Positions 9,263 to 18,837 are shown, counted from the first letter of the stretch. The stretch is 28,407 nt of DNA from a virus (IMGVR_UViG_2778260996_000020:1-28407), one strand, 5' to 3'. Notes: a model not told the origin generated them from the letters alone. Numbers and translations: made by a program.

Positions 9263-9559
9263 TTAAAACTCCATGAATTTAAAATATTCAACACCACCTT
9301 CACCCCCTAAACCAAAGGAGACGGTGCAGCCAGCAGGAACAAACGAATTTATAGTAGATCCCCAATTGGTCCCACCACGACGACGAGCAACGGTCAAACC
9401 ATCTACGTTAATATGTGCATCAGACCACCCACCACCAGCATTATGACGCATTACAGCGACACCAGCACGAGCAGTACCATAGCCGTTAGGAATATCAAAT
9501 ACATGCCATTTTAAAGCATCGATTTTAGTATTAATTTCACTACTTACCCAATATCCCAT
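9263..9559 (-). CDS. Hypothetical protein, FDIPNGW-motif paralog 1 of 3, 98 aa
   Basis: VFDIPNGY motif, Gly-rich, C-terminal YFKF. TAAGGA SD. Immediately downstream of the fiber gene. Confidence 0.55.
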   Translation of the reverse strand: MGYWVSSEINTKIDALKWHVFDIPNGYGTARAGVAVMRHNAGGGWSDAHINVDGLTVARRRGGTNWGSTINSFVPAGCTVSFGLGGEGGVEYFKFMEF

Positions 9560-9597
9560 ATAAGAATCCTTAGCGGAGATTTCTCCCCGCTTTCCAA

Positions 9598-12500
9598 TTA
9601 CCCTAATTTAGCTTCAATTGCAGCAAGACGTTCACGAAGAAGTTTATTTTCTTCGCTCATTTCTTGGACCGCTTTAATTAAAAGCGCGTTCACTGCGGAG
9701 TTTGAAATTGTTAAAATTTCTTCTGGGTTATCAAAACCACCAATTTTTGCGGTTTTAACAGCTTCCGGTAATACCTCTTGTAAATCCTGTGCGATAATAC
9801 CAATCTCATGACCTATAACTTCTCGGTCATTAAGAGATTTAACTTTATCGTAGGTTTTAACTTTGAGTTTATTTACCTTATCCACCGCATTTTCTTCGTA
9901 ATCTTCAACATTAATTTTCAGACGACGATCGGAACGAATATAAACATCGTTAAAGTTTCCGTTACCAGTGGCATGAAATTCTCCACTTGCATGGAATTGA
10001 TAATCAGCACCCTGAACATGAAGAACCGCTGCCGCAGTATTATTACCATCACCCGGACAATGAACGTCCATAGCAGCGATATATTGACGCCCCCAATCAA
10101 CCGCTTTCCAAACAGCATGAGCACTGTCAATACTTTTCTGGCAGTCAACCAACAAACCAGCAGGGCGGTCTCTCCATGCAACATATGCACCACCATCAAC
10201 TTCACCACGGATAAGTCCTTGATCTGCGGCATAAGGAACACGCCCTTCCAGTTTAATCATCGCGCCCTGGAAGTGATGTGTAAATTGTCCACCGTGGTTA
10301 TTGCGAATATGTAAAATACCCTCATCTGTAGCCCAGATAACAGCCTTTTCCGTATCGCTATCATCTCTAAACCAGACGTGGCGAGCACCAGCAGAGTTTT
10401 TGATAGTAATCCCGGAAGGTCCATGCACAGTAAAAGCGCCAGCAACATCAAACATCAAACTGTTATCTGTCCTACGTTCAGTATAGAAGTGATAACCTTT
10501 GGAATCACCGACTTCCATCACTGCCGCGCGACCAACTTCTGAATTTCCCCAATTATTAATAGAGAATCGTTCAGAGCTATTATTCATCTGATTTAGGTAT
10601 AATGTACCATCAGTGAATGTTTCGCCAAAGAATCTGGTTTTAACGCCGTTAGTACCCCCCACGCGTTCAAATTCAGCCAAGAAACCTTTGGAATCTCGCA
10701 TACTCAAAACGTTATTGCGTCCTGTATTACTGTTACCCCAATGGATTAATTCAATATAGTCCATTGACTGACGAGACCCTGATCTAAACACCATATTATC
10801 TTCGATGCGGGTGCTACCATCAATTCCCAGATGTAAACAGCGTGCGGTAGCTGTGCCACCTAGATCTAATCCACCTTCGGCGAAATCATAACTAAATGGT
10901 CTACGAGTATTCCACGTCCCAAAGGAATCTTTTAAATCGGTAGTAAGAATATGGAAGCTAGAACCATCATTACGAAGGATTAAACCATAGTTACCACCTT
11001 TAACAGCCAAACGAGCATTTTCAGATAATGCAACTTCGCTATTCATTACAATTTTCTGGCCTCTACCGCCAGTAATATGTAATTCACCGTCTTCAATCAG
11101 GTTTATAGAGTTTTGACCGTTGTCGTTCCACCAAATAAAATCTTTGGTCTGACCATCACCGAAGCCAAACCAGCCATTACGAACATCTTGTCCAGTGCGA
11201 TAATCCATGAAATTAAAATGACTTGATTCGTTTGGTCCTCGACGAATATCAATACCAGCATTAGAACCGGAACCTAAGCCACCATCGATGGTCAATCTAC
11301 GAATATGCAAACCAGTCCCAGAAGACAACAATAGTTGTTGACCTGAGTCTGTACCTCCAGTGGCAAGACGATAATTCTGGTCATCAACGGTTTCATGCCA
11401 GATTGTCGCGCTGGCAGAGCTTCGAAACCGACGCAACATCTTTTTAGCATTTGTCGGTTGTTCGTTCATATGCTCAATGTCATATTGTCCTTGATGGTTT
11501 CCAGCAAAGTTTAACGTCCCACGGTTGCTAAAGTTATTGAACGATGAAATGTTAAGAGCATCAAAAATTTCGTCTGCAACAGGTTTTTCACCACCCAGAT
11601 ATTCAGGAGTATCCAACAGGTTTAAAGAAACACCACCGGAAGAAACTTGATATTCTGCTAAAACAAATCCTGTATGTGCACCGTAGTAAGCGTAAAGATC
11701 GTAATTGTCGCCATCGGTTGGAATAGCGCAAAAATGTTGTTCATAATGCCAAATAGTATAATACGCATTGAATACAACACCTTTCGGGCTATTGTTGCCG
11801 CATCGAATCACCAATTCGATAATATTGGCTTGTCCATTATGTCCTACGTTATAACCGTTACCACCAACCAAACGGATCTTAGCCGTGCGACCGTGTTGTT
11901 GTGGCATTGTCAAAGTGCCTAGTTTAAACCAACCACCCTCGATACCAAAATTAAGCGTCTTCTGGAACAGTCGGTCAATTTCTGCTTTCGAATATGCGCC
12001 AATTTCAGCCGGAGTAGGTTTATCGCCTTCATGATACATGCGGTGAGAATATGACAAATTACCTAATTCATCATAGCCGTATGTTCTTACAGTAGCATGT
12101 GGATTAGACCCATAAGTGAACTCGAAGCCACGAGCATGATTAACACCAGATGGATGCGGAACATGCAAGATCATTGCAATATGACCCGCCAGGTCATTCA
12201 TGCGGAATGCACCAAAGTAATCAAGATTACGCGCATTTGGATCATCAAAATAGTTTGCGGTCTTAGACAGCAAATAACCATCAGTATAAGTGTTTACGTG
12301 TTTTTTGATGTACTTGCCATCAGCAGATCCATCGGCTGCATCAATACGGCTTTCTAAACGTGCCAGTTCAGAATCAGTGTAAGACTTGTTATTGTCAACT
12401 TTGCTATGAATTGCTGTATTTTTGGCTTCAACATCACGGGTTAATGCTGCGACGTTATCCGCTGCCTCTTGCTTATTGGCTGCAATCACACCAGTAAGGT

Positions 12501-12963
12501 TATTGTAGGTGTCAGTTAACTGATTTTCCGCATAGACTTTATTTGCTGCGATAGTGCGGTCAGTTTCTGCCTTAATCAAATCAACCTTGTCATTGATTGC
12601 TTTGTCATTGCTTGCGATGGTTGCATCGGTGCGGGATTTAATATCATCAACTTTATTGTTAATTTCTGCGTGATTTGCTGCGATGGTTGCATCAGTAGTT
12701 TGTTTAATTTCATCTACTTTAGCGTGAATATTGCGGTCATTTACTGCAATTGTGCTATCTAGTTCTTGTTTGTTAGCATCAACTTTAGATTCTAGTGCCG
12801 CGTGAGTTTCAGGAGAAACAGAGATTTGAACTACTTCATGATCTCGGTCTTTGGTAAAAATAACATGGTCTTTAAGGTTGATTGCTACCTCACCGACCTG
12901 TAATTGTTCCGGCGTTGGTTTTTTGCCAGAAACATTAGTTCGTTTAAATTGGATTGATTGCAT
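9598..12963 (-). CDS. Tail/neck fiber protein with C-terminal intramolecular chaperone (peptidase S74-type) domain, 1121 aa
   Basis: C-terminal ~120 aa carry the Ser-Lys autoproteolysis motif SDRRLK followed by IGHEIGIIAQDLQEVLPEAV and a terminal coiled coil, typical of endosialidase / L-shaped-fiber chaperone domains. N-terminal ~150 aa of degenerate coiled-coil repeats (VDxIKxxTDATIAAN). Gly-rich central region. GAGGTGA SD. Confidence 0.8.
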   Translation of the reverse strand: MQSIQFKRTNVSGKKPTPEQLQVGEVAINLKDHVIFTKDRDHEVVQISVSPETHAALESKVDANKQELDSTIAVNDRNIHAKVDEIKQTTDATIAANHAEINNKVDDIKSRTDATIASNDKAINDKVDLIKAETDRTIAANKVYAENQLTDTYNNLTGVIAANKQEAADNVAALTRDVEAKNTAIHSKVDNNKSYTDSELARLESRIDAADGSADGKYIKKHVNTYTDGYLLSKTANYFDDPNARNLDYFGAFRMNDLAGHIAMILHVPHPSGVNHARGFEFTYGSNPHATVRTYGYDELGNLSYSHRMYHEGDKPTPAEIGAYSKAEIDRLFQKTLNFGIEGGWFKLGTLTMPQQHGRTAKIRLVGGNGYNVGHNGQANIIELVIRCGNNSPKGVVFNAYYTIWHYEQHFCAIPTDGDNYDLYAYYGAHTGFVLAEYQVSSGGVSLNLLDTPEYLGGEKPVADEIFDALNISSFNNFSNRGTLNFAGNHQGQYDIEHMNEQPTNAKKMLRRFRSSASATIWHETVDDQNYRLATGGTDSGQQLLLSSGTGLHIRRLTIDGGLGSGSNAGIDIRRGPNESSHFNFMDYRTGQDVRNGWFGFGDGQTKDFIWWNDNGQNSINLIEDGELHITGGRGQKIVMNSEVALSENARLAVKGGNYGLILRNDGSSFHILTTDLKDSFGTWNTRRPFSYDFAEGGLDLGGTATARCLHLGIDGSTRIEDNMVFRSGSRQSMDYIELIHWGNSNTGRNNVLSMRDSKGFLAEFERVGGTNGVKTRFFGETFTDGTLYLNQMNNSSERFSINNWGNSEVGRAAVMEVGDSKGYHFYTERRTDNSLMFDVAGAFTVHGPSGITIKNSAGARHVWFRDDSDTEKAVIWATDEGILHIRNNHGGQFTHHFQGAMIKLEGRVPYAADQGLIRGEVDGGAYVAWRDRPAGLLVDCQKSIDSAHAVWKAVDWGRQYIAAMDVHCPGDGNNTAAAVLHVQGADYQFHASGEFHATGNGNFNDVYIRSDRRLKINVEDYEENAVDKVNKLKVKTYDKVKSLNDREVIGHEIGIIAQDLQEVLPEAVKTAKIGGFDNPEEILTISNSAVNALLIKAVQEMSEENKLLRERLAAIEAKLG

Positions 12964-13034
12964 CTAATCACCTCACATAAAACAGGAATAAGGGAGGCGT
13001 TAACCTCCCCGTCATGTTTTATTTAGAGAAGCAA

Positions 13035-13868
13035 TCAGTATTCCCCGAAATCGATCCGGTCATGGATAGAAACGGCTTCAATCTCGGCTGGTGTCGGTTT
13101 TTCTTCTGTGGAATACAATTTCACCCATCCAGAATTACCGTCTTTCTGGACTGTGCGAACTCGTAAACGTGGTGCGCCGGAAGCGGTGCAAGTTAATTGC
13201 CATCCACCATCTTCATTAGGTTGAACGTGAATTAGTGAAGTATCAGCACTAAATGGGTTAGATGCGCTCGATCCCTGATAGGTTACGAAACGGTTTCCGG
13301 CTAATGCTTCGCTATCAATCGGACCTGTGAATGGGCTAATTCCCGCGCCAACACCATACATACCTTGCCGTAAAATAGCCCCCTCGGTCGCTATACCCCT
13401 TGCAAGAATCCCGCCATCTGGTTCAAGTTTAAATTCCAGTGTTACAGCTTTGTTATCACTACCACGGGTTTTGTGACTAGTGACATAAGCGTCATAGATG
13501 ACATAGTAACCAGTGTTAGCAGCACTATAGCCAGAGTTCACAACATAGAACATTCGGAAGCGTAAAGGTGTTTTATCCTCTACCGCTTTCATCAACATGT
13601 CTTGATGTTCGTCATCCAGAACACGGTTTACTACTAACGTAGTTGATTCAAGTTTACGATAACCAGCAAGTTTCCCCGTAGCGTCCTGATCATACTCTTC
13701 TAACGTCTGGATCTCTGTAGATTCGGTTATCGTCGGGAATGCTGCGATGTTCTCGATAGGACTAAATGCAGGATCGAAAAAGTCCGGCTGGTTATCCACC
13801 ATAGTAGACACGGAGACTTCAACATGCGACCCCGTGAAAATGTCTAAGTTATCTTGTGTAATATTCAT
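13035..13868 (-). CDS. Hypothetical virion structural protein, 277 aa (possible fiber-associated / neck protein)
   Basis: Lies in the head-to-tail junction region. C-terminal KPTPAEIEAVS motif recurs in the adjacent fiber protein (DKPTPAEIGAYS; N-terminal KKPTPEQLQVGE). Confidence 0.45.
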   Translation of the reverse strand: MNITQDNLDIFTGSHVEVSVSTMVDNQPDFFDPAFSPIENIAAFPTITESTEIQTLEEYDQDATGKLAGYRKLESTTLVVNRVLDDEHQDMLMKAVEDKTPLRFRMFYVVNSGYSAANTGYYVIYDAYVTSHKTRGSDNKAVTLEFKLEPDGGILARGIATEGAILRQGMYGVGAGISPFTGPIDSEALAGNRFVTYQGSSASNPFSADTSLIHVQPNEDGGWQLTCTASGAPRLRVRTVQKDGNSGWVKLYSTEEKPTPAEIEAVSIHDRIDFGEY

Positions 13869-13877
13869 TATTACCCC

Positions 13878-14300
13878 TTAAAAACGCGCTACATAAGAAA
13901 ATTTAAGGCTAAGTGTCCCAACGATACCCCCATCACTAGAATCATCGTCATAATCGGTATTAGAAGCTACTGGAGTGATATCTGAAATAGAGAAGCCCAA
14001 ATCTTTAAATCGTGGGTTATCCGGCTGAATCTGGATTATCTGGCAAATACCCTCATGAATTTTGGTTTCATGATTCTGAGAATACAACTGCATTTCGATA
14101 ACGCATTCAGCTTGCATTGCATTACCACCACGAACACGCGTATAAGTCTCATTCATTCCAGTAATCCAACAAACCACGTCATCACTAAAGCCTTGCTGAG
14201 TTTGTTCTACGTTTAAAGCCAGACCTAAATCTTGTTCGATAATATCCTGCAAGGCGCGTTTGATTTTCAGTCTAGGCATATTATTAACGGTAGCGAGCAT
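13878..14300 (-). CDS. Hypothetical head-tail connector/completion protein, ~141 aa
   Basis: Track ORF 13878-14381 trimmed to the ATG at 14300 (AGGGGG SD), which removes most of the overlap with the upstream ORF. Position between capsid and tail genes. Confidence 0.4.
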   Translation of the reverse strand: MLATVNNMPRLKIKRALQDIIEQDLGLALNVEQTQQGFSDDVVCWITGMNETYTRVRGGNAMQAECVIEMQLYSQNHETKIHEGICQIIQIQPDNPRFKDLGFSISDITPVASNTDYDDDSSDGGIVGTLSLKFSYVARF

Positions 14301-14574
14301 GTGTACCCCCTGCACGAGCAATAAAGCAATCAGAAGTATTATCACCATTGCGCTTAACGTATTGAACTTTGAAGCGTTCACCGTCTACAATGACAACATC
14401 ACCCTGATTTAAGTTTCCCTCACGACAAAATAGAAATTCTGATTCTGTAATTACCCCCTGTTCGTCGGTAGTAGTAATTTCATGGTAAGCACGAATTGAT
14501 TTACCACCTTCCACCGAAAATACAGGAGCACTTTTAAACATTCTTGATAATTGTGATTCTGATAATTTGAACAT
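14284..14574 (-). CDS. Hypothetical head-tail connector protein, 96 aa
   Basis: First ORF after the capsid gene terminator. AAGGGGG SD. Function by position only. Confidence 0.4.
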   Translation of the reverse strand: MFKLSESQLSRMFKSAPVFSVEGGKSIRAYHEITTTDEQGVITESEFLFCREGNLNQGDVVIVDGERFKVQYVKRNGDNTSDCFIARAGGTHARYR

Positions 14575-14603
14575 AGTTACCCCCTTTATGGAGTATTTAC
14601 ATA

Positions 14604-14631
14604 CAAAAAAGCCCCACCGTTAGGCAGGGCT
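14604..14631 (-). terminator. Intrinsic terminator downstream of capsid gene
   Basis: Minus-strand RNA: AGCCCUGCC-UAAC-GGUGGGGCU hairpin (9 bp with two G-U pairs) followed by UUUUUUG. Confidence 0.65.
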
Positions 14632-14768
14632 AATTATTATTTTGCTTTAGTCTTACGTTCTTTTTTAACTGTGGCTTTCGCCGTAACCGTCTGGGAATCT
14701 TCTTCCGGTTCAGGAATCAGATTATCTTCCCCCAAATCGGGGGAAGGAACAGAAGGTTCTACGTTAGT

Positions 14769-16772
14769 TCATTCAGAGATATGAAGAACTTTCAGAGCTT
14801 CCGGCTGGGTTACAACGTAATCCAGATCTACCCAGATACGCGGAACAATTGCGGACTGTGCACGGTAGGTGGTGTCGTCCATATCCAGTTCCAGACCGCC
14901 CCACTCACCGATAGTAATACCGGAGAAGTCACCCAGAACGATGTGGTCTGCCGGAATAACACCAGAAGTAACTACTTCGTAACCAGCCAGTTTGCCGTTT
15001 TCGATGATATAACCGGAAACGCCGTTATCTTTCAGGGTAGATTCCAGTTCAGCAGCAGTTGCACCGCTCATTGCAAACTTGATGGACTGTGCCGGAACGC
15101 CAGCGTCGGTCAGTTTAGCAATTTCTTTCAGGAAGTCTTTGTAGGTGAAAGCAGCTTTCTTCTCAACGCGGCTAGCGTCTACCAGTTGTTTAACCAGACC
15201 AGCCGGACCACGATCGTTAGCTTTATCAGACAGAATCAGTTGTTCCAGTTTGATACGAACAGCCTGGTTGATGTGATCAGTGATCAGGGTAGCGATACCC
15301 GGAACGGTTTTAATGCTCTGACGGCTGATCGGGTTGCCACCAGCAAAAGTCTTAGGAGACAGTTTCACGTTTGCAAATTCAGCTTTGCCTTCCGGTGCAG
15401 CACCGTTTTCATCAACGAAGCCGAAAGCGTCAACGCTGGATTTAGTCATTTTTGGAATAGCGGTCGGAGCAGTCAAGCCACTGTAAACAGTCACACCCAG
15501 ACGACCCAGAACGGATTCCGGCATCAGCATTTCGATGTAGGATTCAGTCATCAGTTTTTCATCGGTGATAGCAGTCAGGTCAGCTTTGGTGTTACCAGCA
15601 GCAGCAGCACGCATAGCAGCAGCCGGAACGAATACAGAGCCACCACGAGCAGCACGACCACGCTGCATAGTTGCAGTAGCAGCCATCGCAGAAAACTCGG
15701 CTTCGTGAGCACCCAGAGCTTCACCATCTACCAGAGAGCGAATTACGTTGTTCAGGTCAAAAGTTTTTTCCATTTTAGAGTCCTTAATTTGTTGTTCGTT
15801 ATTACGTTGAGCATTGACGAGATTATTTAGTGCCTTAGTGCGGAATGCTTCCGGCGTCATATCTTTAACTGCCAATGCGCGTTCTAATTCTTCGTCGTTA
15901 ATATTTAGTTCGCGAGCTATCTCGCGAATTTCTAATTCGTCTTCTTCGGAACGTTCAGCCACTTCCTCGATTTTTTCTTCTTCAACCGGAGCGGCTTCAC
16001 GTTCTTCTTTTACTTCTTCTGCTTCCCGAACAGTTGAACTATCATCATCAACACTTTCAGGATGTTCAGCGTCTTTTCCGTCTTCGAGATTTTCATCTTC
16101 TTTATTCTCTTCAACTTGGCGCTCTTGAGTTTCTTCTACTTCCGGTTCTTTAATTTCTTCTACCGGAGTTTCTTCAACCTGAGCGGGTTCTTGTTCTTCT
16201 TTGATTTCTTCGATTTGTTCTTTAGTCATATCGCGTTTAGCCTCCAAATTAACTGTGATAGTATTTAGAGAGCGATTTAAACCGACCGTATCGTCAGCAG
16301 GAACGGTAACGAAACTTAATTCGTATGGTGCCCACTTAGTAACAATTAATTGCCCTTTGGCGTAATCGATGTGATATTCTTTAATGTCATAACCGACAGA
16401 AATTTTTTCCATCGTACCTTCAATGACTTTATTGCGAATATCATTAGCCAAAGTCCCATGCTTGGAGAATTTAACCAGAGCACGACCTACGTTATCCGCA
16501 TCGATTCGAGCGTTACAAACAACACCAATGTGATTATCGAAATTATGATTGAACAGCAACGGAGCGTTATTATTCAGACGAGACAGATCAACCGCTTCCG
16601 GTGTATGTACCAGAATTTCATCTAATACCACCATTTCTTGATTTTGCTCATCCCAAAATTGGCGCTGATAAGGCTGTGTACTTGAGAAAGCAATTTCAAA
16701 TTCGTATTGATCGTTATGCCCTTCGTTAATAACTCCACCGTAACCGTTAAGATCGCGGCGAAATTTAAGCAT
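14769..16772 (-). CDS. Fused prohead protease (HK97 S78-like) - acidic scaffold-like linker - HK97-fold major capsid protein, 667 aa
   Basis: N-terminal ~170 aa resemble a prohead protease domain. Central ~130 aa are extremely Glu-rich and coiled-coil-like. C-terminal ~330 aa resemble an HK97-type major capsid protein. AAAGGTGA SD. Directly downstream of portal. Confidence 0.75.
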   Translation of the reverse strand: MLKFRRDLNGYGGVINEGHNDQYEFEIAFSSTQPYQRQFWDEQNQEMVVLDEILVHTPEAVDLSRLNNNAPLLFNHNFDNHIGVVCNARIDADNVGRALVKFSKHGTLANDIRNKVIEGTMEKISVGYDIKEYHIDYAKGQLIVTKWAPYELSFVTVPADDTVGLNRSLNTITVNLEAKRDMTKEQIEEIKEEQEPAQVEETPVEEIKEPEVEETQERQVEENKEDENLEDGKDAEHPESVDDDSSTVREAEEVKEEREAAPVEEEKIEEVAERSEEDELEIREIARELNINDEELERALAVKDMTPEAFRTKALNNLVNAQRNNEQQIKDSKMEKTFDLNNVIRSLVDGEALGAHEAEFSAMAATATMQRGRAARGGSVFVPAAAMRAAAAGNTKADLTAITDEKLMTESYIEMLMPESVLGRLGVTVYSGLTAPTAIPKMTKSSVDAFGFVDENGAAPEGKAEFANVKLSPKTFAGGNPISRQSIKTVPGIATLITDHINQAVRIKLEQLILSDKANDRGPAGLVKQLVDASRVEKKAAFTYKDFLKEIAKLTDAGVPAQSIKFAMSGATAAELESTLKDNGVSGYIIENGKLAGYEVVTSGVIPADHIVLGDFSGITIGEWGGLELDMDDTTYRAQSAIVPRIWVDLDYVVTQPEALKVLHISE

Positions 16773-16817
16773 TTAATCACCTTTAATTAATTGGGGGCAT
16801 TGCGCCCCCGTTGGTTA

Positions 16818-18329
16818 TTAGGGATCGGCTGGGGAATTTTTTTCTTCACCCTCGCCATTAACGATAATATTTAGTGCGCTCTTTTCGGCTTGAATCTCTG
16901 AGAATACTTTTTCAGGATCATCACCACGTTCTAATATAACGGCAGTACGTGATTTAAGTCCTTTATCAATTAAAGCAATCTCGGCGTTTACGTCTTTAAT
17001 AGGATCGACGGATTCAAAACGCGGACGAATAATAGTAGTGTTGTCGATAATATGCGGAATTGCAGTAATACGAATCGGAACAATACCACGCGCGGAATAA
17101 TGGCGTAGATATGCTTCGAAAATTGGCAATACCACTGTTTCAATTAATTTGTTTTGCAGTGCTTTAATGCGGTTACGCTGAGTTAATTCACCAAAACGTG
17201 CGGCTGAGTAGTTGATCTGTGAACAATCTCCTGTTAAGCCCTGTTTAAACACGCCAAGACCCATCGCTATATGGGTGAACATGCCATCGTTGAAGCTGAT
17301 AAAGTCATCACCGTTTTGCGTCGCCTGAATACTCTTGATCGTTGCCCCTTCCGGCAATTCCTGAATAGTACCAGGTGCAAAATCCTGTACTACTTCCGGC
17401 GCTTGATATTGTTCATCCTCTTCACCAGTATCAAAATCGTCACCAGAATCTTTCGGACGTTCAATAAAGCCCATAGAGCTAGCTGCAATACGTTTCTGGA
17501 TGATCGCGGTTTCGCGGAACGCTTCTTGATGAGCAATATCCTTAATCACTGGCAGGAAGTCAGTCACACCACGTAAACTTTCCGCGCACAGTGGCTGGTA
17601 GTAGTGGCACACCTGAGAAGCATCTACGCGATAATTTTCGCCAGTGTAGGTCTGAGTCAGTAGATTGATTTTTCTAAACCAGTATGCTACAGGGCGCATT
17701 GTTTCTACGTCATACTCAATCCCTTGAAAGATCGCGCGGTCTTTGCTTATTTCACGACTAAGCGACCAGTCGCACCTATCAGCAGACAGAATAGAAACTT
17801 GTAACTCGTTGTTTTCTTTGGTTAAAACGATGAAGCATTCTCCACCCTGAACACGTTCAGATTCTGCCATTGCCAGCATTTCACGGAAGTTAAAGCGACC
17901 GTTGCGAGAGAAGCGTTTAGCACTCTGCGCCCACTTCCAGAAAGCATTCTCGATCTGCTTATTCAGTGCGGTGTCAAGTTTGCCATTTGATTTAACGATT
18001 GATGGTTTCGGATCAAGCCCCGTACCAACAACTTGGTCAACGATATACTGCTTGTATCGCTTGCCTACAGCATTGTTTATAGCCAGAGTACGACCCTGAT
18101 CATAAAGGCGCTTACCGTTCGATTTGAGAGCCTTATTGAAGGTTCCGGTAATGGTGTCTTGTTGAAGCTGTCCATCAATGCGATCACCGACCAAGCCCAA
18201 AGAACGCTTAGACAAATCTTTCTGGAATTTTTCTACTTGTTTGTCGATAAAGATTTTTTGTTGTTGCTGGCGGTGATTAGTTTTAACTGGAGTTTCTACC
18301 GCCTTTTTGCGTCGAAAAAGATTAAACAT
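16818..18329 (-). CDS. Portal protein (lambda gpB family), 503 aa
   Basis: Position after terminase. Motif HIAMGLGVFKQGLTG...YSAARF resembles the conserved lambda-family portal core (IAAGLGV...YSTAR). Confidence 0.75.
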   Translation of the reverse strand: MFNLFRRKKAVETPVKTNHRQQQQKIFIDKQVEKFQKDLSKRSLGLVGDRIDGQLQQDTITGTFNKALKSNGKRLYDQGRTLAINNAVGKRYKQYIVDQVVGTGLDPKPSIVKSNGKLDTALNKQIENAFWKWAQSAKRFSRNGRFNFREMLAMAESERVQGGECFIVLTKENNELQVSILSADRCDWSLSREISKDRAIFQGIEYDVETMRPVAYWFRKINLLTQTYTGENYRVDASQVCHYYQPLCAESLRGVTDFLPVIKDIAHQEAFRETAIIQKRIAASSMGFIERPKDSGDDFDTGEEDEQYQAPEVVQDFAPGTIQELPEGATIKSIQATQNGDDFISFNDGMFTHIAMGLGVFKQGLTGDCSQINYSAARFGELTQRNRIKALQNKLIETVVLPIFEAYLRHYSARGIVPIRITAIPHIIDNTTIIRPRFESVDPIKDVNAEIALIDKGLKSRTAVILERGDDPEKVFSEIQAEKSALNIIVNGEGEEKNSPADP

Positions 18330-18339
18330 GATTTACCCC

Positions 18340-18837
18340 TTATCGCGTAAGACGTACTTTAATATTTTTAATCGGGCTAATTCCCTGTTTACGTCGTTCG
18401 GCTTGAATTAATTTTGATAACTGACGTTCATAATCGACTTTTAGAGTCTGGAGAACAGCCAATGACTCATAGGCGAAAGTATTCCCTTTCACTGTCATTG
18501 CTGATAATGCGGCTTCGTCCCCAAATAAACGGGCGAAAATAACTTGCTCGATTAAGTCGATAGTTTCCCGCAGATATTCTTTTTTGGATTGTTTGGCGAA
18601 TACTGGCAAAACAGTTAATTCTTGCATCGATACCAGTTCTTCATCAAGAGTAATAACAATGGTCATCTTCCCTTCTGGAAAGTCTAACGTTTTAATCTCG
18701 TGATTAGCCGGAGAATCATCAACCTGATAGATGATACCTTTATTATTATTTCCTACCTGAATTGTTACACCCTCTTCATTCGCCAGCGTGATTTTTTCGC
18801 CTTTACGAATTACTAAGGGAATTAGTTCTAAACTCAT
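18340..18837 (-). CDS. Hypothetical protein between terminase and portal, 165 aa
   Basis: ORF in the position occupied by gpW-type head completion genes in lambda-like phages. No recognisable motif. Confidence 0.45.
   Translation of the reverse strand: MSLELIPLVIRKGEKITLANEEGVTIQVGNNNKGIIYQVDDSPANHEIKTLDFPEGKMTIVITLDEELVSMQELTVLPVFAKQSKKEYLRETIDLIEQVIFARLFGDEAALSAMTVKGNTFAYESLAVLQTLKVDYERQLSKLIQAERRKQGISPIKNIKVRLTR

Noticed and set aside
12991-13010. GGGAGG/CCTCCC hairpin between the 277 aa gene and the fiber gene as a terminator
   Set aside because: The stem is followed by UUAUUCCUGUUUU, not a clean U-tract, so it is more likely a stability or attenuation element. Left uncalled.
14781-15830. 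349 aa plus-strand ORF
   Set aside because: Entirely antisense to the capsid fusion gene, which has recognisable protease and capsid motifs and a good SD. The plus-frame product is Ser/Thr/Asn-rich low complexity with no SD; it is an antisense shadow ORF.
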